Source: Candidatus Nomurabacteria bacterium | Lineage (GTDB): Bacteria > Patescibacteriota > Minisyncoccia > Phycocordibacterales > UBA9973 | Reading direction: 5' to 3' | Assembly: GCA_016199805.1 (NCBI GenBank) | Contig: JACQGC010000013.1 | Location: forward strand, 66,327 to 130,326 | Length of the DNA stretch: 64,000 nucleotides | Shown: positions 9,179 to 17,313 of the stretch, piece by piece | Position numbering within the stretch: position 1 is the first letter of the stretch | Layout of the letters: every line of letters begins with the position of its first letter | Position numbers and translations under genes: made by a program | Notes under the pieces: generated by a model | What the model was told of the DNA's origin: nothing | Database searches by the model: none | What the model saw: the letters and a program-made list of their open reading frames with translations, nothing else

Positions 9179-10837
9179 TTATGCGATATTTTGTTTATAA
9201 CACTCCTCACAGGCTATTTTTTTATAACCCCATTCAGGCGGATAATAGGCCATCATCTCTTTTTTACAGTAAAAACACTTATACGGGTAACCTTTTAGTA
9301 CTGCAGTCTTTCTGGCTTTTTTAAGCATTCTTAAGTCAAAATGGATTCTTGGCAAAGCAAAACCCTTCCTTTTGTGAAATTCATATTCAGCCGGAGAAAT
9401 ATTGAATCTGTATTTCGTCTCGGGGCAAATAAGAGCTTGGCTTGAAACATCAGCACCAGTATCCAAGATACTATCCGGCAACTCTAGCGAAGAAATCCCA
9501 TCTTGCGATGACAAGTCTTCTTCCGACCAGTACCCTCCTTTGCTTAAAATGAATTCCTTTTTTACTTCAGGGAAATAAACTATTGCGGTAGACAAATTAT
9601 AATCACAGATTCCCATTGAGTATGGTAAGAATTTACCGTATTCTCCCCTCTTTTCCATATCGGAAATAATTTTATTTTTCAAACTTTCATATTCTTCTTT
9701 GCTATATTCTTTATTTAAAATACAGTATTTTTTCTTTTTCAGCCCAACACACCCAAAACAATACTCGACTTCGTCGCAAATATCGAGATATTCGGAATAT
9801 CTGCCAAGAGACCATGATGAATGCTTCACATTATAGGAATAAAGCACACAACTGTTATTTCCAGAGTTTTCTACGGCGCCGAATATTCCCATCCCGTCTA
9901 TGCAATCTTTATTGCCAAGACCCCGAAGCTGGTTGCGGCAATTCTGCGAATCTTCGTAAGAAAAAACATTGATGCATTTATCGCAATTGGTCAAATAATT
10001 TCCGACAGAATTTGTGGTTTTTAGATTGAAATTTTCTCTATGTATTGCATCTTCTTTTAAAATGCTTTCAAATTCAGATTTTAGTGTTTCAATTTTTTTA
10101 TTTGAATTAAGCCCGATATTTTTCAGTTCTTTTTCGTAATCGTCTTTAGTATATTGTTGGTTGCGTATGCAATATTGTTTGTTGCGCAAGTTCCATGACA
10201 TAAAGCAGTTTTGGCAATTGCGACAATCAAAAAGAAAATACGAATCTATGCAGTCTTTACAATTTTCAGAATAATTTATGCCAAATGAGTTATGACAAGC
10301 AAAACAATCATAACAATTTTGCAAATTGAATGAATTTGCCACATCAAAGGAATCCTTGCATTCTATTACTCTATACCCATAGCTCAAATCCTCACATTTA
10401 AAAATTGACCGGGTAAGATAACAATTCTTTGAATACCAGACATCATCGCACCAATCGCAATTTTTATTGTCTTTACCGACTTGATGAGGACGCGGAACTT
10501 TTTCTTGAAGCTCTTTCAGTTGTTCAAAAAACGGCCTTGACGAATCATAGTCCTGCCCGAAAGACATCGGGTCCCAGGCATCGCTCCACCATTCGTGGGA
10601 TTTATAAATAGGATATCTGGGGCTGTTTGGTAATATCGTTATAATACTTTCACCGGATAAATCTGAAGTTCCTTTTCTAAATTTTCCAAACGGCCAAAAA
10701 GCAGAATATTGTTTCAGCCGGCAGAAAAAACATTGCTCTGGAATCTTCAAACCGACTTTTTCATACAAAAGCAAATCGCCCGAATCTATTTCAAATTCAT
10801 TTTCGCAATCTATGCATTTTTTAGTTTCAGTTTTCAT
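9179..10837 (-). CDS. cysteine-rich repeat protein, paralog B (552 aa)
   Basis: Same architecture and motifs as 1338..3122 ('NCYDCFACHNSFG', 'LRNKQYCIRNQQYTKDDYEKELK', terminal CxxC pairs). Inserted between grpE and dnaK. Confidence 0.6.
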   Translation of the reverse strand: MKTETKKCIDCENEFEIDSGDLLLYEKVGLKIPEQCFFCRLKQYSAFWPFGKFRKGTSDLSGESIITILPNSPRYPIYKSHEWWSDAWDPMSFGQDYDSSRPFFEQLKELQEKVPRPHQVGKDNKNCDWCDDVWYSKNCYLTRSIFKCEDLSYGYRVIECKDSFDVANSFNLQNCYDCFACHNSFGINYSENCKDCIDSYFLFDCRNCQNCFMSWNLRNKQYCIRNQQYTKDDYEKELKNIGLNSNKKIETLKSEFESILKEDAIHRENFNLKTTNSVGNYLTNCDKCINVFSYEDSQNCRNQLRGLGNKDCIDGMGIFGAVENSGNNSCVLYSYNVKHSSWSLGRYSEYLDICDEVEYCFGCVGLKKKKYCILNKEYSKEEYESLKNKIISDMEKRGEYGKFLPYSMGICDYNLSTAIVYFPEVKKEFILSKGGYWSEEDLSSQDGISSLELPDSILDTGADVSSQALICPETKYRFNISPAEYEFHKRKGFALPRIHFDLRMLKKARKTAVLKGYPYKCFYCKKEMMAYYPPEWGYKKIACEECYKQNIA

Positions 10838-10866
10838 TCTATAATTCTATAGAATATTAGAATAGA

Positions 10867-11481
10867 TTATTCAACCTTTTCTTTGAATTCATATACATTG
10901 ACTCTGGCTGGGCGGATGACTCTATCGCCGAGCTTGTAACCCTTTTGGATGACGTTGGCCACGGTGTGCTCAAGTTCTTTTTTGTCTGTCTCTACCACGT
11001 CTATGGATTGATGAACATTCGGGTCAAACGGTTCGCCAACTTCACCTATCGGCTTGACCCCGTATTCCTCAAAAATGTTGTTCATCTGCGTGTAGATGTA
11101 TTCCACCCCTTTGCGCCAAGAATCATCCACCTTTGCCCAAGCTTCTTTGTTGGCAAAAGCCATATTGAAACTGTCTACCACCGTCAAAAACCGGGTAAGC
11201 ATCCTCTCCCGCAAACCCTCGGAAAAAATAGCCCTTCTCTCATCTTCTTGTTTTTTGTAATTGATAAAATCCGCCCGCTCCTTCTGCCAGCCGGTAAGAT
11301 ATTCTTCTTTTTGTTTTTGCGCCTCTTTCAAATCCGCCCGAAATTTCTTTAAAGTTTTCTTTAAATCCTCTTCTCCGTCGTCATTGAATTCAAACTCCAA
11401 AACCTCCGACTCAGCAGAGTCGTCCCGAGCAGCCTCGAGGGGTATATTCGTATCTTCTTTTTTCTCTTCCTCGTCTGCCAT
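10867..11481 (-). CDS. grpE: nucleotide exchange factor GrpE
   Basis: 'RERADFINYKKQEDER', 'VVDSFNMA', 'VIQKGYKLGDRVIRPARV'. Confidence 0.9.
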   Translation of the reverse strand: MADEEEKKEDTNIPLEAARDDSAESEVLEFEFNDDGEEDLKKTLKKFRADLKEAQKQKEEYLTGWQKERADFINYKKQEDERRAIFSEGLRERMLTRFLTVVDSFNMAFANKEAWAKVDDSWRKGVEYIYTQMNNIFEEYGVKPIGEVGEPFDPNVHQSIDVVETDKKELEHTVANVIQKGYKLGDRVIRPARVNVYEFKEKVE

Positions 11482-11520
11482 TTATACAATATAGCATAAA
11501 AACAACCTCTTCCCAACCCT

Positions 11521-13221
11521 TTAGATTTTGTTTCTTTTTCTTTTATTAAAGAATAATACCGTCATGCCGAGCAATACGAGAATCGCAAGAATTTGTAGCA
11601 AAAACTTCCAAGTGAGTGAACTAATTCCAAAGATAACATTAGCCGTCAAATTATTTCCCTTATTTTCCGACGGAATTGTATTTTCGGAAACCGTATTCTG
11701 GTTTTTAACACCCAAATCTGGCAACTTACCTGAGCGTGTCACAATCGCGCCATTCTTTACATTTTCATTTACGTTATCTGCCACAACAATGTTATTTGTT
11801 GCAACGTCGCTATTTGTCACCACGCTTTCAACTAATGGCTCTGCTATTACCGTTGGAGTATTTATATCTACACTAGTTGCTGGTGAGACAAAACTTTCGG
11901 AAAGAAGTGGAGCTCCACCATTGACTACTGGAGGTATGTTTTCAGTTGGAACAACCGGGGATACTGTGTAGATTTCCGTCATAATCCCAGAGGAATTTCC
12001 AATTTTGTCAAAAGCCAAAGCTTTAAGCGTAAAACCTTTATCAACTAAAATTCCGGAGCTAGCAACATATAAAGTGGAAGAAATAGTCGGGTCCGACCCG
12101 TCTTCCGTATAATAAATCGCGTCTAAATTATCATCAACTGATGTCAAAAAAACATTTATATTATTTTTATAATCCCCTCCTTTTTGGTCAGCGATGGGAA
12201 TCGTCGGCACCGTGGTGTCTATTGGGATAGGTTCAATATATATTGCTTGCCCCCAAACTTCATCAGGCTCTCCGTAAACATCCAAATATGGTCTGACGTA
12301 TTTTTCATCACCAACAACAGTATAATTATTTCCTGTTCCACACACACTACCAGCCGTTTGGCGTCCGCAAATCCATTTTATTCCACGATTTGTGATTTCA
12401 GTCGCGTCCGTTTCACTGACTTGGAATCTAGCCGTCAAAGTATTACCATTTTGAGTAACTCGTAATGCACCCGCTATTCTATCAACCTGCCCTCCACACT
12501 GGGCTCCGTTGTAACAAACATTTGCACCATAAAAATTTCCAGCTTTAAAGTTGGCCATTATGTCAGAAAGAGAATCGGTCGGACTGTTCACAAACATTAC
12601 CGCAGCATATTCATGTTGCCAAGAATACATATCGTTTCCACCCACACCTAGCCATTTTCTACCATTGAATAATCCGTTATCCCACATATCCCAACCTATA
12701 TATCCTTGACCATTGTATGTTTCAATTCCATCAATATTTGTCAGTGAAGAAACATTAGACCATGTCATGTTTGTAAAGCTAGGGTGAGGAATGATAGAAA
12801 TACCACCCTGTGACTTAATCATGTCTAGACCATCTTGAATCGATGTACGAGCAGTCCACGAGGTGCATCCTATACAAATCAAATGTGGATTATCGGTTAC
12901 ATCTTCATAACCAGGCAGGTAATATTGACCGGGGTGATTTCCCGGGTCTGCCGTCACCACATCCTTATCGTTTATGGGAACAACTTTTACATTCAAAGCT
13001 GACGCTAAGGTAAATAATTGGTCGGGGGTAGCAGCATCTGCGCCAGTGACAGTCGTATGGGTATGACTAACTATGCCGTACCAATTTGAGTAAGGACCCG
13101 CGCCATCTGCCCCATTATATGGGTTTATAATTTTGAAATTAGGTTCAACTGCATTAGCAAATCTTGCCGAAAAAAAAGAGAGAATTAGAACCAAAACCAA
13201 AAATAAGTTTATTTTTTTCAT
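11521..13221 (-). CDS. secreted, C-terminally membrane-anchored PHP-like metallophosphoesterase with CHB_HEX_C/Fn3-like domain (tentative)
   Basis: Signal peptide 'MKKINLFLVLVLILSFFSARFANA'. His motifs 'VSHTHTT' and 'IPHP'. 'IYYTEDGSDPTISSTLY' is a CHB_HEX_C-like motif. C-terminal TM 'LLQILAILVLLGMTVLFF'. The start was moved to the internal Met because the upstream ATG lies in the terminator hairpin. Confidence 0.4.
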   Translation of the reverse strand: MKKINLFLVLVLILSFFSARFANAVEPNFKIINPYNGADGAGPYSNWYGIVSHTHTTVTGADAATPDQLFTLASALNVKVVPINDKDVVTADPGNHPGQYYLPGYEDVTDNPHLICIGCTSWTARTSIQDGLDMIKSQGGISIIPHPSFTNMTWSNVSSLTNIDGIETYNGQGYIGWDMWDNGLFNGRKWLGVGGNDMYSWQHEYAAVMFVNSPTDSLSDIMANFKAGNFYGANVCYNGAQCGGQVDRIAGALRVTQNGNTLTARFQVSETDATEITNRGIKWICGRQTAGSVCGTGNNYTVVGDEKYVRPYLDVYGEPDEVWGQAIYIEPIPIDTTVPTIPIADQKGGDYKNNINVFLTSVDDNLDAIYYTEDGSDPTISSTLYVASSGILVDKGFTLKALAFDKIGNSSGIMTEIYTVSPVVPTENIPPVVNGGAPLLSESFVSPATSVDINTPTVIAEPLVESVVTNSDVATNNIVVADNVNENVKNGAIVTRSGKLPDLGVKNQNTVSENTIPSENKGNNLTANVIFGISSLTWKFLLQILAILVLLGMTVLFFNKRKRNKI

Positions 13222-13263
13222 AAAATACATATTACATGATAATATGTATTTTGTCAATACACA

Positions 13264-13290
13264 AAAAAGCATCCATTTCTGGATGCTTTT
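13264..13290 (-). terminator. rho-independent terminator after rpsI
   Basis: Perfect hairpin 'aaaaagcatcca-tttc-tggatgcttttt'. Confidence 0.65.
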
Positions 13291-13295
13291 TAGAA

Positions 13296-13715
13296 TTAAC
13301 GTTTAGACCACTGTGGAGCTTTGCGGGCTTTTTTCAGACCGAATTTTCTGCGTTCTTTAGCTCTTGGGTCTCTTTTTAGGAAACCAAGGGTCTTCAAACC
13401 TCCGCGCAAAGTGATATCTGAAGCGACGAGAGCTCGGGCCACGCCGTGACGGATAGCTTCGGCTTGAGAGTGAATGCCTCCGCCCATAACGTGAACTTCC
13501 ACGCTCCATTTCTTGGCTGCTGTGCCGGGGGTGCCTTTGGTAATAGCGTCTAAAATCAAACGCTTCTGGTCTTCTGTTTTGAAATAATCTTTTACATCAC
13601 GTCCGTTTATTGTAAAGTGATTTTTACTAGCTTCGGTAAGACGCACGCGAGCAGTGGAAGTTTTGCGTCTTCCTACGGCTTCTATATATCTTCCTTTTGT
13701 TGTATCTTTATCCAT
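13296..13715 (-). CDS. rpsI: 30S ribosomal protein S9
   Basis: C-terminal 'GGGIHSQAEAIRHGVARAL...KRDPRAKERRKFGLKKARKAPQWSKR'. Confidence 0.95.
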   Translation of the reverse strand: MDKDTTKGRYIEAVGRRKTSTARVRLTEASKNHFTINGRDVKDYFKTEDQKRLILDAITKGTPGTAAKKWSVEVHVMGGGIHSQAEAIRHGVARALVASDITLRGGLKTLGFLKRDPRAKERRKFGLKKARKAPQWSKR

Positions 13716-13719
13716 AAAT

Positions 13720-14091
13720 TTAGTCTTGTATTTTTAAGTTCATCATCATGGTTCGGCGCAGTTTGTTGTCTGGAAGCATTTGGTAGGTTGCCAATTTTAT
13801 CAATTCTTTCAAACCTTTCTTCTCGGCTGTCTCGGTACCCTTCAATACTCGGCGTCCACCTCGCATCCCGGAATATCTCTGATGATAAATTTCATCAAGT
13901 TTCTTGGCGGTGATGCTAAGCTTTGAAGCATTGGTAACTGTCACCGGGAAACCGGAATAGACATTTCTTTCAAAAGTTGCTTTGGTCTTACCCATCAAGC
14001 TCATGGCCACTTCGGAAGCCACTCTGCCCAGGGTTCGGCCTGTCGCATCTATGGTCTTCATTTCTTTTTTGTTTTTTTCTATTTTTTTCAT
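13720..14091 (-). CDS. rplM: 50S ribosomal protein L13
   Basis: 'IDATGRTLGRVASEVA' and 'MLPDNKLRR' L13 signatures. Confidence 0.9.
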   Translation of the reverse strand: MKKIEKNKKEMKTIDATGRTLGRVASEVAMSLMGKTKATFERNVYSGFPVTVTNASKLSITAKKLDEIYHQRYSGMRGGRRVLKGTETAEKKGLKELIKLATYQMLPDNKLRRTMMMNLKIQD

Positions 14092-14120
14092 CTTAATTTC
14101 ATACTAACCTATTTTAAAAA

Positions 14121-14474
14121 TTACACAAACTCTATGACCGCCATCTTTGCGCCATCCGACTTTCGGGCTCCCAGTTTCAAAACTCTGGTATAACCGCCTT
14201 TCTTGTCGGCGTATTTCGGCGCGATGACATCAAAAAGCTTTTTTACTTCTCTGCCTTTATTGGAAAGCTTGGCGGCTATGGTGCGGCGTCCGGCTGGAGT
14301 ATTGGCTTTGGCTCGGGTAACCAGCTTCTCAATAAAAGGACGCAATTCTTTGGCTTTTGGCTCGGTTGTTTTTATTTTCTCTCGCACTATCAAATTGAGC
14401 GCCAAAGAATTTAGCAATGCGCGCTTTTGGGTCTTGTCCCGTCCGAATTTTCGTGTATTGTTGTGGTGTCTCAT
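14121..14474 (-). CDS. rplQ: 50S ribosomal protein L17
   Basis: 'MRHHNNTRKFGRDKTQKRALLNSLALNLIVREKIKTTEPKAKELRPFIEKLVT'. Confidence 0.95.
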   Translation of the reverse strand: MRHHNNTRKFGRDKTQKRALLNSLALNLIVREKIKTTEPKAKELRPFIEKLVTRAKANTPAGRRTIAAKLSNKGREVKKLFDVIAPKYADKKGGYTRVLKLGARKSDGAKMAVIEFV

Positions 14475-14517
14475 TTAAGTTATAAAGTTAAAAGTTATAA
14501 AGTTCATAAAGTAAAAC

Positions 14518-15495
14518 CTACTCTTTCAGATTCAGGCCGAATTTATTCAAAACTTTTTTAATTTCCGTGATTCCTTTTTCACCGATACCTTCGACTTCAA
14601 GCAAGTCTTCTCTTTTCTTGCGGGCCAGCCCCCCTAGGGTGCGGATATTCGCGCCAGTCAAAGCATTCAACGTTCTGGTCGAAAGATCCAGGCCGTCGGT
14701 GCGGGTCTTTAAGGCGTCGGCAAAGTCGGCTCCTTTCTTGTCGCCTTTTTCTTCTTCGTCGCTTTCCTTGGAAGCTTTCTTTTCAATTTTTACTTCTTCT
14801 TCGGGTTCTTTAAAATCAACAATGGCTTTGAGTTGATTGATCATTATTTCAATGGAGCGAGTCAAGGCTTCGCGGGGAGTCAAGGTGCCATCTGTCTCGA
14901 TAATCATACGTAGACGGTTGTGGTTGGTCTTGTCGCCGACACGCATGTTTTCGACTTCATAAGCCACACGGCGGATGGGAGCGAAAATAGCATCGACGGC
15001 AATGGTTCCGACATCGACTTTATCTTTCTGGAAAACGTCCTTGGAAATAAAACCAAGACCCTTTTCAATCTTCATTTCAATATTCAAATTTATCTTGCCG
15101 GTAACTTCAACAATGTGCAATTCGGGATTCAAAATTTCCACTTGGCCACCGGTCTTTATGTCGCCAGCGGTGACTTCCTTGGGACCTTTCACGGAAAGAG
15201 TTACAGTCTGAGGTTCGTCAGTGAGCATTTTAAAACGAGCTTTTTTCAGGTTCAAAATCATCACGATTACGTCTTCCTTGATTCCATCCATAGTCTGGAA
15301 TTCGTGAGACACGCCATCGATTTTCAGAGAAGTGATACTGGCGCCAGGAAGAGACGAGAGGATTATTCTCCTCAAGCTGTTCCCCAGGGTGTGGCCGTAC
15401 CCCGGGTATAGACCGTCTATTTCAAATATTCCCTTGTTATCGATTTCCTCAACAACTCGAGGCTTGGAAGGCATAATTATTTTATATTCAGGCAT
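14518..15495 (-). CDS. rpoA: DNA-directed RNA polymerase subunit alpha
   Basis: N-terminal domain '[35 protein letters not shown]' and C-terminal domain '[25 protein letters not shown]'. Confidence 0.95.
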   Translation of the reverse strand: [325 protein letters not shown]

Positions 15496-15539
15496 AGTTT
15501 TAAGTTAAAAGTTTATAATGTTAATAAAGTTATAAAGTT

Positions 15540-16142
15540 TTATCGACTATAAAATTCAAGCACAGCATTGATATCAAGGAAAGTTTCAATGTTTTTTGGT
15601 TTTGCTAAAATATGTCCTTCCAGGTTGCCCAAGTCAAACTTAATCCATGCCGGGCCGTTGTAGTCCTTTAGTCTGTCTGCTAAATTTTCAAAAAGTTTTG
15701 ATCCCTTGGAACCTTCGCGAATTTTTATTACATCTCCAAGTTTTAATTCATAGGAAGGGATGGTGACACGGTGATTGTTTACAATAAAATGTCCGTGCGA
15801 AACCATTTGCCTGGTGGCGCGGCGAGATGCTCCGAGACCCATGCGGTAGACAGCGTTGTCGAGGCGGGTTTCCAAACTCTCGTAAAGCTTCTCGGCTGTA
15901 CCGGCACCTTTGATGGCGGAGGCCTTTTTGACATAGTTGGAAAGCTGGCGTTCAGAGATACCGTAAGAAAAACGAATCTTTTGCTTCTCGACTAGCTGGG
16001 CGCCGTATTCCGTCAGAGCCTTTGGACGCTTGCCGCCCGGCAAGGTTTTGGTGGACGCTACGGAAAATTTAGGAGTCTGACATTTGTCATATACTCCCGG
16101 ACCGAGCCTTCTGCAGATTTTAAATTTTGGTTTGCTTATCAT
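15540..16142 (-). CDS. rpsD: 30S ribosomal protein S4
   Basis: 'KFKICRRLGPGVYDKC', 'RLDNAVYRMGLGASRRATRQMVSHGHFIVNNHRVTIPSY'. Confidence 0.95.
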   Translation of the reverse strand: MISKPKFKICRRLGPGVYDKCQTPKFSVASTKTLPGGKRPKALTEYGAQLVEKQKIRFSYGISERQLSNYVKKASAIKGAGTAEKLYESLETRLDNAVYRMGLGASRRATRQMVSHGHFIVNNHRVTIPSYELKLGDVIKIREGSKGSKLFENLADRLKDYNGPAWIKFDLGNLEGHILAKPKNIETFLDINAVLEFYSR

Positions 16143-16182
16143 GGATTTTATTTATACTTTATGAACTTTATAACTTTTTACT

Positions 16183-16614
16183 TTAAACTCTTCTAGGCTT
16201 CTTGGCTTTTGGTCCATTGTGGGGTACCGGAGTCGCATCCAAGATGGAGGTGATTTCAATACCATGAGCCATGAATGCTCGGATGGCCGGTTCACGTCCG
16301 GAACCTACACCCAGGACAACCACATCGGAATCTTTTACTCCGAGAACTGCGGCTTTGCCTCCGATGATATCTCCGACTTTTGAAGCCGCGAAGGGGGTTC
16401 CCTTTTTTGCTCCCTTGAATCCGAGTGACCCGGAACTTGACCAAAACAAAGTATTACCCAGCTTGTCTGAAAAAAGAACTTTGGTATTATTGAAGGTAGC
16501 CTCAACATGTAAAACACCCGAAACGATTTTCTTCTTTGGTGTTTTTGACGGAGCTTTTTTGACTTCTTCTCCTTCAGGCTTTACTTCTTCGGTTGTGGTT
16601 TTTGTTTTTCCCAT
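16183..16614 (-). CDS. rpsK: 30S ribosomal protein S11 (start placed at the internal Met to avoid overlap with rpsM)
   Basis: 'GVLHVEATFNNT', 'SSGSLGFKGAKKGTPFAA', 'GVKDSDVVVLGVGSGREPAIRA'. Confidence 0.9.
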   Translation of the reverse strand: MGKTKTTTEEVKPEGEEVKKAPSKTPKKKIVSGVLHVEATFNNTKVLFSDKLGNTLFWSSSGSLGFKGAKKGTPFAASKVGDIIGGKAAVLGVKDSDVVVLGVGSGREPAIRAFMAHGIEITSILDATPVPHNGPKAKKPRRV

Positions 16615-16627
16615 TTGATTTTGCGAA

Positions 16628-17008
16628 TTATGTCTTACTTTCTTTTCTCTTACCAGAGGCCATTGTCTTTCGGACATTACCACGAACGGTGCGAGAGTTT
16701 GTCTTGGTGCGTTGTCCGCGGACCGGCAGTCTCTTCATGTGGCGCACACCCCGGTAACTCTTTATGTCTTTCAATCTTTTAATGTTGGCGGATATTTCTC
16801 TTTTCAAATTTCCTTCGATTAGAATCTTTTCGACGATGGCGCGGATGCTGTTTTCTTCGGCATCGGTCAGGTCTTTGGCTTTTTTACCCGGATCAATGTT
16901 GACTTGTTTTAAAATTTTTCGGGCAGAAGAAATACCTACACCGTAGAGGCAAGTCAGCCCAATCTCCAGTCTCTTTTCATTTGGCACGGTGATTCCTAAT
17001 ATTCTCAT
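16628..17008 (-). CDS. rpsM: 30S ribosomal protein S13
   Basis: 'MRILGITVPNEKRLEIGLTCLYGVGISSARKIL', 'YRGVRHMKRLPVRGQRTKTNSRT'. Confidence 0.95.
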   Translation of the reverse strand: MRILGITVPNEKRLEIGLTCLYGVGISSARKILKQVNIDPGKKAKDLTDAEENSIRAIVEKILIEGNLKREISANIKRLKDIKSYRGVRHMKRLPVRGQRTKTNSRTVRGNVRKTMASGKRKESKT

Positions 17009-17024
17009 AAATTATTATTTTTGA

Positions 17025-17135
17025 TTATTGCTTTTGTTTATGTTTGGGGTTAGAGCAAATTATTCTTAAATGCCTGGCTCGTCTAACCATTTTGCAATTG
17101 TCACAAATTTTTTTAACGGATGATTTTATTTTCAT
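17025..17135 (-). CDS. rpmJ: 50S ribosomal protein L36 (36 aa; absent from the ORF track because it is under 60 aa)
   Basis: Manual translation of the minus strand: [36 protein letters not shown]. The L36 Cys/His Zn-binding pattern is present. It sits at the canonical position between infA and rpsM. Confidence 0.85.
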   Translation of the reverse strand: MKIKSSVKKICDNCKMVRRARHLRIICSNPKHKQKQ

Positions 17136-17206
17136 AATTACAGAAGAAAAACAAGGATAAAACCCTTATTTTTCAATACTCGAACTTATTAAAAATTACA
17201 TTTACT

Positions 17207-17235
17207 ATAATACACTATTACTAAATAAAACACAA
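17207..17235 (-). promoter_or_regulatory. candidate sigma70-like promoter (TTGTGT-17-TATTAT) for rpmJ-rpsM, directly following the hairpin element
   Basis: Minus-strand reading is 'TTGTGTtttatttagtaatagtgTATTAT'. Alternatively this is a U-rich tail of the hairpin acting as a terminator or attenuator. Confidence 0.3.
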
Positions 17236-17306
17236 GCCCACACACTTACTTTTATGATATTGAGTACAATGCGCCTTTGGCGCTTCATAAGAGTAAGTGT
17301 GTGGGC
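17236..17306 (-). repeat. 71-bp inverted-repeat/hairpin element, copy B (same orientation relative to downstream gene as copy A)
   Basis: Arms 'gcccacacacttacttt' / 'agagtaagtgtgtgggc'. The loop is 28 of 29 identical to copy A (as reverse complement). Located between the infA stop (17314) and rpmJ start (17135). Confidence 0.7.
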
Positions 17307-17313
17307 AAGCCCT

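Noticed and set aside
9179-10837. Cys-rich protein as a DnaJ substitute, given its position between grpE and dnaK
   Set aside because: It has no J-domain HPD motif and no CxxCxGxG repeats. The resemblance is positional only.
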